Assembly: GCF_048593235.1 (NCBI RefSeq)
Contig: NC_133620.1
Coordinates: 451,203,261 to 451,267,260 of the forward strand
DNA: 64,000 nt
Reading direction: 5' to 3'
DNA from: Sminthopsis crassicaudata
Taxonomy: Eukaryota
The notes under the pieces were generated by a model, which was given only the letters and a program-made list of their open reading frames with translations, was not told the origin of the DNA and did not search any database. Positions 24,037-36,400 of this stretch are shown here, piece by piece. Position 1 is the first letter of the stretch. The number at the start of each line of letters is the position of its first letter. The translations under genes and the position numbers were made by a program.

Positions 24037-27000
24037 CATCCCTCAGGGCAGTGGGACCCAGACAGCCTAGTCTCCCCCTTCTCCTTGGTGCATCCAAACC
24101 AGCATCACTTGTTGGGCAGGCATCCATCTCAGCCCTCAGGGGTGGGACAGAGGCCTCCAGAGAGGCTCAGGGGGCTGGGATGGAGAAGGGTCTTCTCCCA
24201 CTCCCCTGCTTTTGCCCAAGGGGACCAAGCCAGGCCCACCAATGGCCCAGTTAGCCCTTTTCCACACCTGCCTGGTCTTCTGCCTCGATGGCCCTAGGGC
24301 ACTGTTCAACAGATCCCAGCCTTATATCCTGAGCATCAGCCTGTCCTGGCACTCCTGAAGGTCTAGACCTGGTTTCTTCTTTTTATTCTGTCTCATGCTC
24401 TTTAATGGATCTTCTTGCTCTTCCCAAAATATGTAGGGGTGGGCCACTTCTTCAGAGCCTGTTTCTAGGATCAAGGAGACTGAGGAATCTGGTTCTAGGA
24501 TGGTCCACTAAGAAATTTCTGATCACAGGGATAAGCAGCAGCTTTTTGTATGGGATATCTTAAATTCCACAACCTGGAGGCCTCCCTGTTCTCTTAGGTC
24601 ATTGGTGCAGTTGTTTCTTCTTTTGCAAAAAGACATCAGTTCGAATTCACCAAATTCTTACCAGAAAAACAAGTAGGGTTAATCTTCCCATGTTTTCCTT
24701 TCTTTTTTTCCCCCAATCCCTAATCCTGCCCCCCCTCCCCTCATCCTGTCCTAGGACCACCCCATGAGAGGAAAAGCAAATACAAGTCAGGTCCCATGAG
24801 TGAAATGAAACTCTAAAAAAAGAGCAGGATCAGACTGCCCAGGCCAAATTCTCAGGCTGTGACACTAGTGAGTCCAGCCAGAAAGGGACTCAGTCCTACA
24901 AACATCCTTCAGCAGTCAGTGGGCAGGCCTCTGAATAGGGTGGCTTCAGCAAGCCCTGGCCTCACTTCGGCCTTAGCAGAGCAGTATCGCACAGTGGAAG
25001 GGCCTGGGTTAGGCTATGGGAATATAGACCGGTCCTAGTCAGGGCTGCAGGCTTCATGTTTCCTATTTGGTTCAGTTCAACCATCAGTCTTTCAGAATTT
25101 TTTCCCAGAACGTGCAAGAAATCAGTGCCTTCTTCCTCCCAGGGGATAGGTTTTCCAATCAGCTGATATTCTACTTCTTAAGTCAGTGGAGGCTTGTAGG
25201 AACCCAAAGGAAGGATGGTAAGAAGGTGGTACTTGCTCCATGTGACTCAGCCTTTGAATGGCACCTGCCTAGCCACCTAGTTCTGCCCTTCCTTGGGGCA
25301 GGACAAATCTACATTCACCTCTTCATCAAAAGAGTTGCTAGTGGCAACCAGATCCGCCTCACTCTACACTAGGGTCTTTCAAGTATGATCTGATTTTTTT
25401 CAAGTGGCTAAAATATACAATAATTTATTTTTCCAGGTTGTTCATGTTCTCCCTTCTTTTAGTCTTCAGGGTGAAAACCTTTTTTTTTTTTTTTTTTTTT
25501 TTTTACAATAGGTGGAAGCCTCTCTGTGCTGGGCTGCTGGGGCCTCTCAGCTTCCACTTGATGCTCTAGTCCTCAAGAGGAGCCTGGACAGGAGGGGTTC
25601 TGCAGTTATATGATGTCATCACCTTTCCCCCCCCCCTTTTTTTTCTAACTTTCTCACATAGAAATTACTGGGCATCTTACATTGCCCCGGATGAGACTAT
25701 CAGAAAACGGTCTATTGAGAGGACCACTGCTGCTTTTATCAGAAACACTAGCTGTAGGCAAAAAGTAGTTGAATTTCCTTTAGAAGGCACTAACGCCACA
25801 TTCAAAAAGTAGAGATATATTTTTCAAGTGTTCACCAGGAAATCCTTAAGTTACTCATCTCTTAACTGTGGGAACTTTTAACTTCAGCAGCCAAAGCAAA
25901 TGAAAAACACAGGTTGGAGACAATCACTACTTGGCTGCAGAACTTGCCACCATGGCACCCACCCCCACCCCCTCAGCTCTACCCCAAGTGGCTTTGGTGT
26001 TAACGTTTTGTATGGCACTTTAGAAATGACTGTCCTTTCTTTAAGCTGCTGTTTGTGTTGGGGTTTTATTTTTTTTTTAATCAGAACTGGATGACCTTTC
26101 CCTAATATATACCCAAGGGGTTAAGAGATTTGGGTGTGGTGTGGTGGAAGCTCAGGGTGGTACTGATATTTACCACCCTCACCCAAGACACTATACCTGA
26201 AACTTCAGACTCCATTTGGGCAGTTTAATTGCAACCCAGCAGCCAGCTAATAGGCAGCTGGTGTTGGTGGGAGGGTCTCCTTATGGATTGTACAATCAGG
26301 CTGCTTCTGGCTCCAAGGGAGGTCTACTGTTCCTTTCTCTGCCTCAAAGGTCAGGCAGGCCTTTGGCTCAATGAGGGCCTCTTTTCTCACTAACCTTTTA
26401 CGTGGCAATATTTCTGCTCCCTGATAAGCACAGGCCATGGAAGCAAACAAACACTAATTTTTAATAAAATCCCCTTATGCTGTAAATTGAGTGGGAATTT
26501 ATTTATGTGTGATGCGGCGTGGCCAGGTCTTGATTTGGGGTAAATTACTACATTTCCTTTCTGGAACCCAAACCCAGTGTGGTCTGGGTACACTGTGGCA
26601 GGTGCTCCCCAGTCAGAGCAGCAACCTTTTTTTTTTTTTTAAACTCCTAAAATGGGCCATATTGGCCCTTTCATCCTAACAACCAAATCAACTTCAGCGG
26701 ACAAGGATCTCTGCTGCTGGGACAGGCACTCCTGCTTCTCCTTTCCTTAGAAAAATCCTCTTCTTCACTTTCCAGACAAGACAGAAAAGTTCTCAGCAGA
26801 GGCCTCTAGGACCAGTTTTCTGTCAATCCTAACATAAATCTGAATTAAGCCCAGGACCCCTTTTTATAATTAGTTTCCACATTGACCCAGTCACCTGGGG
26901 TGATCTGTGACCTCAAAAGCCTTTCCTAAGCAGGGGGATGGTGTCTAAGGCCAGACCAGTCACCTCCCTTCCATGCTTCCGTCTTCCTGTTGCCACAAAC

Positions 27001-27641
27001 CAAAGAGACAGGAAATCTCTCACCCAGGTCCATACTCGGTCCACAATAATGACCAAAGCCAGGAATGGCCAGGTCAGACGGAACATAACCAGAGGGCCCA
27101 AGCTAGAGAATGGAGAGACGCTCAAGTCAGGCCAGAGTTGGAGCTCCCCCTGGGGAAAGAGTGCTGGGAAACCCACCGTGCTCAGAGGTCATGGTGGCTG
27201 CTCCAGAAAGTGGGGGGGGGGGAGGGGGCGGAGGGGGAAGCCAGTGGCGTGATGCAGAAATGGAGAGGGTGGCCAGGCGTGCACTGATTTATTGACCAAA
27301 CCTCACACTCCAAAGCAACTCATAGAATGAGCAGGGGGGACAGCCCTCCTGTCTCCTGGGACAGCCGAGCAGGGCAGGCTCCTGCTTGGGAAGGTTTACC
27401 CTAACATGGTGTGAGGAGGGCAGGGGAAGCTGATTTTAGAGGAGCCCAATGTGGGTCTTTAGAGAAAATAGTTACACAACTCAAAAAAAACCACAACCAA
27501 ATGGAACAAACTATAAGAAGACGCCAAACCCATGGTGGCCCATGAGAAGTGAAGGAAGAGCCCAATGTTCTGCAGCCACTGGGAGGTGAAAAGTCACTAT
27601 TCGGGCGGGCGGCCACGGCTAGACTTGGATCCAGAGCTGCC

Positions 27642-30600
27642 CTACCAGTGCAGACCAGACGGGGGCGTTTTCTCATCCTTATTGCTCTCCAGGGAGAAGG
27701 GGGGAATTCGGACATCGAAGTGAGATCCATCGGGCCTCTCAAAGCGGAACGTGCCCCTAGAAGACAAGGAGGAATCCAGCTCAAGAAGACCTCTGTCCTG
27801 CACCCCTCATGCTATTAGGAACCCCACATTCTTGGCTCTAAAATAAGTATGGGAAAAAGCAGCAGGAAGGTCTCACCTTCCCAGCAGGGGGAGAGATACA
27901 GAAGTACACAAAGTGCTTAACCAATCCTCCTCCTCTACAGCAAACACGCCTCCTGACTGTCTGTTCAGGGGCAAAGGTTCTTAATCTGGGGTGCGTGATC
28001 TATTTTTTAAAATGCTATAACAACTGTATTTCAATGTAATTCTCTCCCTTTGAAGTCCCAGACAGTATATGCATTTAGAAACATGGTGGGCTTCCCTAGC
28101 CCTCCATAGGGGGCCTGCCCTGGATGCGGCCCCAGCCTTGGCCCTAAGACTCAAGTCAACTAGCAGGGCCTGGAAACCTGCCAAGAAGGAGCAGGTCTTG
28201 GGCCATCCTCCCCTCCCCCACTAGGACTCGCAACCAGTCAGCAGGAAGGCCCCCGAGCTGAGCCCAGGAGGGAGGACAGGACCCATGCTGATAGCTGTGC
28301 CTGGACAAGGGGTCACTCACCACATGTGCCCACTGGATGCCTGCAGGGAGACGTGGCTGCTGTACTGGAAAGCTGGCTGTTCTTTGGATAAGACAGGCTC
28401 CTGGGGGGTCCAAGAGAAACAGGCAGAATCACGGGAGGGCTCACAAACACGGAGAGAAGGAGCAGGGGACCCTCATACAGGCCCTGGCTCTCCTCTCTGT
28501 CCTTGCTGTCCACTTAAGCTAGCACGACCCTGAAGCCTCTACTGGAGCCTGCACAAAAGAGCATCTGGTGCCATTGCCTTTGGCCCCAGAGAGTTTTCAC
28601 CAAAGGAGCAGGCACGTGGTCCGCCCCGTCCAGGGGCAGGTGCCTCCCCTCGCCGAAGCTACACTGACCTGACCGACGGCTTCAGCGAACTCCTGACGAA
28701 CGGATGGACACGATCTCAGGAGCCAACCCCGCCCAGACATGGGCAAAGTGTCTGCCCAGCGCTGTCGCCCGGCTCACCGACACCCCCCAGCACAACTTAC
28801 GAAGAGGAAAGCGAACAGGAAGGACTAGGCTGGGGACCAGCCCGGGAGGGGGCTCCACCTTACCCTGCCCACCACACCTCGGCCTCGAACCGTCTCCAAC
28901 GTGCCCGACAAGCTGAATATCCTCCAGTGACGCTCCCGAAGCTGCACGACGTCACTGTCCAGGTTTTCCAAACGGATGCAGTAGCGCCACTGCCCAAGGA
29001 AAAGGCAGCTCAACGAGGGGACAAGGCAGCGGGCTAGCCCAACCCCCTCGGCCTCTTCCCTCCATCCCCCCACCCCCACCCTGGAGGCCCCATGGAAAAA
29101 AGCCACTTACCCAGTATACGTGGGAATTCTGGGCCTCCTGAGGAGAGAAGCACAAAGGTCATGAGGGTGGCAGTGGGGCGGCATCTGCTCAGGGCAGGCA
29201 CCAGGTGGGAGGCTGATGGCCCCTCCCCCAGTCCCTCAGGGACAGAGCCAGGAAAGGCGACCCCAGACCCCTCCAGACGGCATCACCCAGAGGCAGCCCA
29301 AGCTCCTGTGGCCGTGGGGAAGACAAAGTGCAGCTCGTGCAGGAGAAGGTGTCCCCCACCCCGGTGACCCCACGGCAGCGAGGCAGCGGGAGCCCGATGC
29401 CCCAGGGGCCACTCTGCTGCACACGGGAGGGCCGGACAACGGAAGCGGGGGCAGCCCCAGGAGAGGCCCCGTCTGGGGCAGAGGCCCGTGGCCCAGCTCT
29501 CGGATGCCCGGGGGACACGTACCCGCATACCCATGTAGAAGGGGATGACAGTGACACGGATGTTCTCGGTGGTTTCCCGGTGGACATCTGACAGCTCTAG
29601 CCAGGGGTGATTCTTCTCCTGCCAAGCACGAAGGGTCTCCCGAGCCACAAAGGGCGGAACTGGGAGAGGAGTGGACCCGCCAGCTGACCCGCGGGCTCTG
29701 CTCTCAGCCCAGCCCAGAAGGGTCTCCCCCTCCCCCACCCCGGGGACAAGCTCTGCGCCCGAGCCCCACTCGTCTCCTTAGGGGTCAGTACCTTTGGACT
29801 GCTCGTAGAGGAGAAACCTTTCAAACAGCTCATGCTGGATGGGGACCTGGTCAGTGGAGCTGTAGGGGAGGATGTCTTCATGGCTGACATAGTCCAATCC
29901 TAGGGGAAAAGCCAGAGGTGAGTGTCCAGCAGGGCAGAGCCGCCCAGTCTGGGCCCAGGGGGTCCTGGAGTCCCCGAGCCGAGGTCCGTGCCCCTCGCTC
30001 CCTGCGCCCCCTTCCTGTCGTTGCCACAGACGCCCAGACTCGGCTCCCAGCACAGAGACGCTCACCGAGCCCGGGGCCTGGGCAGCGACTCCCCTGAGAT
30101 GAAATCAGAACCAACAGGGGCTGAGCCTGCCCTCCCCGGGGGCTCCCTCCCAGTCTGAGAGGCCAAGGGGACCCCGACGCCTGCCCCCACCTGGTATGGC
30201 ATAGAGGGCTCGACTGTCATCGTGATTGGCCAGGAACGTCACAGCTTCTGTCTGGGATCTCTGAGACTGAGGAAGGGCAGAGTCAGAACGGGTCTCAGCG
30301 TGCCCGCGGGGTGAGGGGGCTTCATGTCCGGTCTCAGACGCAGGAGGGACTACGGCTCCACCTCCCCCCACCCCCCAGGCCCACCCACGGTCCCCCCACT
30401 TACTATGTGCGGGCAGTCCCGGGCATCGATCAGCACCTGGTAGTACGTGTGGGTTTTGCCTTTCACCTCCTTGGAGCCGTGGCCGGCGGGGTTCTCCGTT
30501 CTGGGTAGGAGACAGAGTTGTGATCAGGGCGGGCTCTGCGCCTGTCAGAGCTGAGGACACGGCCCCCGGGGGCTCCTCCCCCCTCTTCAGCGCCACCTGG

Positions 30601-32751
30601 GATCCCTCAGGCAGAAGCAAGGCCTGCAGGGGGCGCAGCGCGTGCTGCCAGGGCTCCTGTCTCTGTGGCGCTCGGCGCCCTCCTCCGCCACTCAGGGTGC
30701 CAGGGGATCACTGGGCCGGGACTCGTCACTAAGGCTCCTGCTCCCCGCGGACCCTCCCCCGGCCGCTCGTGAGGCACAAACGGGGCAGGAGACTCACTTT
30801 TCTGGCGCGCTGGAAGCCACGTCCCGGTCGTACAGCCTGGCCTGCCAGGGAAACAGGACGACCCCTCGGTAGCCGAATATGCTATGAAGGAAGAGCTGCG
30901 GGAGGAGGAGGGCGGTGAGCCTGCACCTGCTCGGCCCACCTCCATCAGCCCGAGCACTGCAGGAGACAGCCGCCCCTGGGGGGGGCGCCCCTCAAAGCCA
31001 AGCGCCCCCCCCCCCCCCCGCGGGCTCCTCAGTCCCCCTGCTGTCAACGCCCCGTCAGACTCTGGAGCGGGGCCTCCCCTCCGTCCGTCTCCCGGTCCTC
31101 CAGAGCCCATCCCCCACGCGGCTGTTCTGTCTCGTTTGGGCAGCTCAGGGGGCCCAGGATGGAGCACCCCCCCAGACACACCCGTGTGGGGCCCCGGACC
31201 AGTCACCTCGCCCCGGCTGGCTCAGTTTCCGGAGGAGACAACGGCCGACCACTCACATGCTCCCTCAGAGGTCACTGTGGGGACTCGCTCTGCTGACCTC
31301 CCCCTCCCACAGGCTCAGAGAACCGGGCCGATGCAGCGCCCCCTCCGGCCGAGCCCCCTCCGGCCGTGCTCCCCCCCCTACCCCACCCCGTTCCTCCCCC
31401 CCCAGCCGTGCCCACTCCGGCCGTGCTCCCCCCCAGCCTCCCTCCGGCTGCCCCCCCCTCACCTGGCCTGTCTCGTATTTTCCGTTCTGCTTTGGCACCT
31501 CGAAGACACCGACTGTTTCCAACACTTTGCCCTCTGGTCGGTTTCTGAGAAGAAGCCACAAAGTGAGCAGTGGGGGGGAGGGGGGTCCACCATCAGGAGA
31601 CATTCATGGAGACCCTGAGCTTAAGGAATGAGCAGGAGGCAGCTGCCCGCTAAGGGGCTTTAAAGTGCTGGGCCCGAGTGGGGAAGATCCGAGTTCAAAT
31701 CCCGCCTCAGACCCTGACTGGCCGAGACCCCGGCAAGATGCTTCACCTGCCTGCCTCAACTCCTTTAACTGCAAACGGATGGCAGGGTTCCCGTGAGGAC
31801 CTGCAGACTGCCCTCCACACTCCCAGGCCGGCCCTCGTTCAGTGGGCCTCACTCTCTCACTTCTAGTCCTGCACCCGCAGACCCCAGAAGCTCCCAGGCG
31901 TCTTCATCAGGAGTCCAGCCCCACCCCCCACGGGGGTCCTTCTTCTGCGGACACATTGGCTCCTGCGCTCCCAGTTACTGGCTGACATCTCTCCTGGTAA
32001 CGCGGTACCTGGGGCAGGGCCGGCGCGGAGGGGGCCATGTCGGCGGGCTCTGCACCTGTTTGTTCTCCGCACCCTGAGGGCACCGGGCGGCCAGGCCTGG
32101 GCCCGAGCCTGGCGGGCCTTTAACAAACGCTGCGGGCTGACTGCGCGGCCGCACACGCTAATGGGGGTGGCTCACGAGGGCGCAAGCCTGCTGTTCCAGG
32201 ACCCTCCCCCCGAGCTCCCTCCCTGGGCCCGGCGCGGCAGGCGGGCTGGGGCAGCCGAACTTTCTGTGACTCTAAACCTCAAAGCTAAGCTGCTCCACCT
32301 GCCGCTCCACGGGCCCCGAGAGGAGAAAGCGGGCCCTGCCCGAGGGGAGCTTCCGCTCGGCCTGACCATCACCGAGGGCTCCCGGCCCGGGCTGGGCGCC
32401 GTGCAGACGGGAACGGAGGCGGAGAGTCTGCCCCGGGGCAGGGAGCGCTAACAGGCCGGCCGGCTCCCGCTCCCGCCGGGCTCACAGGCTGCCCTCGAGG
32501 AGCTCACATCCGCCGGCCCCGGAACACAAATCCCCGAAAACTACTCCTCAGGGAAGGGCGCCCCCCCCCCCCCCCCCGCTCTGCCCCCCTCACCGGGACG
32601 AGAGGTGTCTCCGCGCCGCGGCCGAGGCCGGGGGCGCCGGGGGGAAGGTCGCGAGGGGCCGCAGCAGCCGAGCCCCCGCCAGCGGCCGGGACCACCAGCA
32701 GCAGCAGCGGCCGCCCACGGCCAGGGCCCGTCGGGCCACACAGCCCGCCAT
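27642..32751 (-). CDS. POLDIP2: Polymerase delta-interacting protein 2 (YccV-like + ApaG/DUF525 domains), 367 aa, 11 exons
   Basis: complement(join(27642..27756,28321..28400,28864..28989,29111..29137,29523..29659,29792..29899,30191..30266,30404..30500,30798..30895,31463..31544,32594..32751)) = 1104 nt, all GT-AG. Translation MAGCVARRALAVG...RNRPEGKVLETVGVFEVPKQNGKYETGQLFLHSIFGYRG...WRYCIRLENLDSDVVQLRERHWRI...DEKTPPSGLHW. Confidence 0.97.
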
Positions 32752-33480
32752 GTCGGCGCCTGGGCCGCCGCGGACGCGCGGACTCAGTCACGGTCACAGA
32801 GGCGGACGCCGACGCCGATGAGGGGCCCAGCGAGCCGCCTCCGCCGCGCCCCGCCCCCGGCCCACAAGGCCCCGCGCGCCGCTCTCCGCCCCGCGTGCCG
32901 CAGCCGCTCTAGGCCTCCCCCGGAAATTCTAGGCGGCTCCGCCTCCGATCACCTGACACCGCCCGGCCCAACATGGCGTCCTCCGTGCGCGCCGGGGAAC
33001 GGCTACGGCGGGGCCTGAGTCCCCGAGGGGAACTGGAGGCGGCGCACCTGCCCTGCGGCCTGCGGGCGCGGCTGGAGGCGATTCTAAGAAAGAAGAAGGC
33101 CTCCGGGGGCGAGGGCGACGACCCCCGGCCCTTGGTGCCCTTTCATCTGCTCCGGGAGCTGCGCGTGCACCTTAGGGAGCAGGGTGAGCGCGCCCCCAGC
33201 CCGCGCGGGAGGCAGATTCCGGGGGGACCCTGCTCGACCTAGTGTCGTATTTCACCGGAAAACTAATTTCTGATTCTGAGGAAGGGTCTTAGCTGGTGCA
33301 GGGTCCGAGCCCGAGTCTGGACCCACCCTGAGGCCCCGCCCCCTTCGCGCCCCCATCTCTGCACCAAACCAGCTTCCGCCCCCCCCCCCAGCCTTGTCTC
33401 TGGGGATCCCCGCGCGCCGCGGAGGCGAGAGCGTTTCCTCAAAACCAGGGGTCCGGCTCTGACCGCCCGCTCGTCCTCTC
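32000..33480. promoter_or_regulatory. Bidirectional CpG-island promoter of POLDIP2 (-) and TMEM199 (+)
   Basis: Divergent ATGs at 32751 and 32973 are only 221 nt apart. The region is CpG-dense with GC boxes, an ETS-like CCGGAA (~32920) and ATCACCTGAC at 32948-32957. Confidence 0.85.
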
Positions 33481-36400
33481 CGAGGGTCCTTCTGCGTGAA
33501 GGGGCACAAAAGTAACCAACAAGCCAATTATTAGCTGTTCCATAATCAGCGGTCCCCGATTTGTCTTGGGTTCTCTGCCTCCGGGGGAAAGGCCTTTGGA
33601 AAAGAAGCTCAACCTCCCAGGACTAAAGTCAGGCCTGCCACTTTATCCGAACCTAATTTAATTTGGCCCTCGGGCTGCCCCGGCTGAGCGGGGTGGGGGG
33701 GGGCACTTCTGAGAGGGGCCCCCATCCCTCTGCGGGTCACAGCGCTAACCTTGCTTTTCCAGACACTCCTCTCTTCCTCCACGAGCTCCTGGAAGGCAGC
33801 GAAATCTATCTGCCCGAGGTGGTGAGACCCCCCAGGGTATGTGACCGAGGGCGCTGGGGAGGGGGCAGCGAGACCCCCCAGGGTATGTGACCGAGGGCAG
33901 TGGGGAGGGGGCAGGGAGACCCCCCAGGGTATGTGACCGAGGGCAGTGGGGAGGGGGCAGCGAGACCCCCCAGGGTATGTGACCGAGGGCAGTGGGGAGG
34001 GGGCAGGGAGACCCCCCAGGGTATGTGACCGAGGGCAGTGGGGAGGGGGCAGGGAGACCCCCCAGGGTATGTGACCGAGGGCAGTGGGGAGGGGGCAGGG
34101 AGACCCCCCAGGGTATGTGACCGAGGGCAGTGGGGAGGGGGCAGCGAGACCCCCCAGGGTATGTGACCGAGGGCAGTGGGGAGGGGGCAGCGAGACCCCC
34201 CAGGGTATGTGACCGAGGGCGCTGGGGAGGGGGCAGTGAGACCCCCCAGGGTATGTGACTGAAAGGTTTGGGGAATTGGGGGTGGAATCTATCTGATGCC
34301 AGTGGCGAGACCCTCACGTTAGCCACTTGAGCTTCTTAGTTGATTCTTTTCGGACAGTGGTCCTCAAACTTTTTAAGTAGGGGCCGGTTCCCTGTCCCTC
34401 AGACTGCTGGAGGGCCGGACTATAGTAAAAACCAAAGCCTCGGCTTTGAGAACCCCTGATTTAGGAGAAGGAAAGAGGCCGAATTTGACCCTTTCTACAC
34501 AGAGAAAAATCTAGACTTAGAGAGCCCGAGTCACCATCACACTTGCAGCAAAGGAGTTAGCTCTAGAACACAGTGTGAGAACTGGAAGCCGCTTTGGGCG
34601 GCTAAGGGGATCCGTGCCAGTTTGTCCGGCCTGTTTGTCTCCCTAGAACCCAGAGCTGGTCGCCCGCCTGGAGCGGATCAAAGCGCGGCTGGCCAACGAG
34701 GAGTACAAGAGGATCACCAGGAACGTGTCCTGCCAGGTGAGGCTGACTGCCCGCACCCTGTGCCCGAGGGAGGAAGCAGCCCATGGCTTCTGCCTCCTCT
34801 CAGAGATTTCTAATCCGAGGGAAAAAAAGCCACAAAAACCACATAGTTAAACCTTATTTAGAGACCAGTCGGTCGTAGCTCTGAAAGAAAACCATTTCAG
34901 CATTAAATCTTACCTTCTTCAAACAGGAGTTCTTTAGCTTCACTCAGGACACAGCCATGGATGGATTAAAAAATTAATCTAAAACAACTGTGCACCTGCA
35001 TACATGTATTGTATTTAATTTATACTCTAACATATTGAACATGTGTTGGTCACCCTGCCATCTGGGGGAGGGGGGAAGGAGGGGAAAAATTAGAACAAAA
35101 GGTTTGGCAATTGTCAGTGTTGTAAAATTATCCATGCACATATCTGGTAAATAAAAACTATAATTTAAAAAAAATTCATCTATCAAGTTGATGGTTCAGA
35201 CTGGACAAAAGCCAGCTGGGTGGAGCTATGGAAATAGGTGGAGTAATGTTCCCAGTGAATTCATTGTAGAAGAATGTGGCACCAGGAAGGGAAGGGAGCT
35301 CTATTTCTTTTTGGTCCCTGGAGATCTGTTTTAGCCACTAGAGGGCTCTGCAGTTAGAGAATAAAGGATGCCATTTAAAAAAAAATTTTTTTTTAACTGC
35401 TGGTTTCTTAAAACTACACTGTAGGGGGCAGCTAGGGCGCGCAGTGGATAGAGCACCAGCCCTGAATTCAGGAGGACCCCAGTTCAAATCTAGTCTCAGA
35501 CACTTAACACTTCCTAGCTGAGTGACCCTGGGCAAGTCACTTAACCCCAGACTCAGGGGAAAAAAAGAAAAAAACACCGTAAGATAACCAGAGAATGTTC
35601 TATCCCCCTTTCACAGATGAGAAGACTGATTAGGGAAATAGGTTTATTTAAAAGAGGGTGTCTGCATGCAAGGATCTTCCATTCTAGTTTACCAAGTACT
35701 TTCTTCACGATTCTTTAACGTGACTCCCACTTCATGGGTGAGGAAGCGAAAGCCCAGAAAGGCCAGTTCTTCAGCAGCAGCAAAGCAGGGGGTCAGAATC
35801 CAGATCTCCTCACCCTTTCTCCCTCTCCCAGCTGCCTCACCGCTCTCAGCTGGCAACTGTCCAAGGTGGTGTAACCGGAGTCAACTGATGCTTTAGTAAT
35901 GGCTCATTAGAGAATGGCCCAGCTTCTCCAAACAGAAAAGGAAGTCCAGTTCACCTTTGGAGGCAAGATCTGGGACAGAGCCCCCTGCTGTGTACCAGGC
36001 CTGGGAGTTGTGTTCTGGCCCACAAACCCTGACCCGATGATTTGATGGTAGATAGGAGATCTGTAATCTCCCCCCAGGTGTCAGGCTGGGGAGAAAAAAT
36101 TAAAGTTGGCAGCAAGGAGGAGGGTGAAGGTGTCCTGTCCCTGTCTGAACGGACAGATGAGAACCCCTGAGGTGCCTCTGCTGTGCCATACCACGCGCCT
36201 TTTCTTCTCCCCAGGCCCTGAGGCAGGAAGGCAACCTAGCTGACTTCGGACGGCAAGGTGAGCTCTCTGAGAAGGCACGGGGCGGGAAGCTAGAGTCCCT
36301 CCCTAGGGCCCTGCCCGTCCCCCCTGAGCATCCCTTGAGCTCTCGGAGGGGGAGGGGTTGCCTGTGTGCACACAATATGAAGAGGAGAACAGTCCTCCAG

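Noticed and set aside
30607-31631. 200-244-aa ORFs overlapping POLDIP2 exons 2-3
   Set aside because: GC-rich intron artefacts; the real exons are accounted for by spliced POLDIP2.
33824-34260. Minisatellite as a CRISPR-like array or recursive splice array
   Set aside because: The DNA is eukaryotic, the units are contiguous with no unique spacers, and the junction is CAG-G-GT rather than the AG|GT needed for recursive splicing.
33745-34326. 193-aa repetitive - strand ORF
   Set aside because: It is simply a translation of the 46-bp minisatellite in rotating frames.
34737-36214. Orthologue of the human TMEM199-hosted microRNA (MIR4723)
   Set aside because: No convincing hairpin or recognisable mature sequence was seen in the TMEM199 introns or 3' region.
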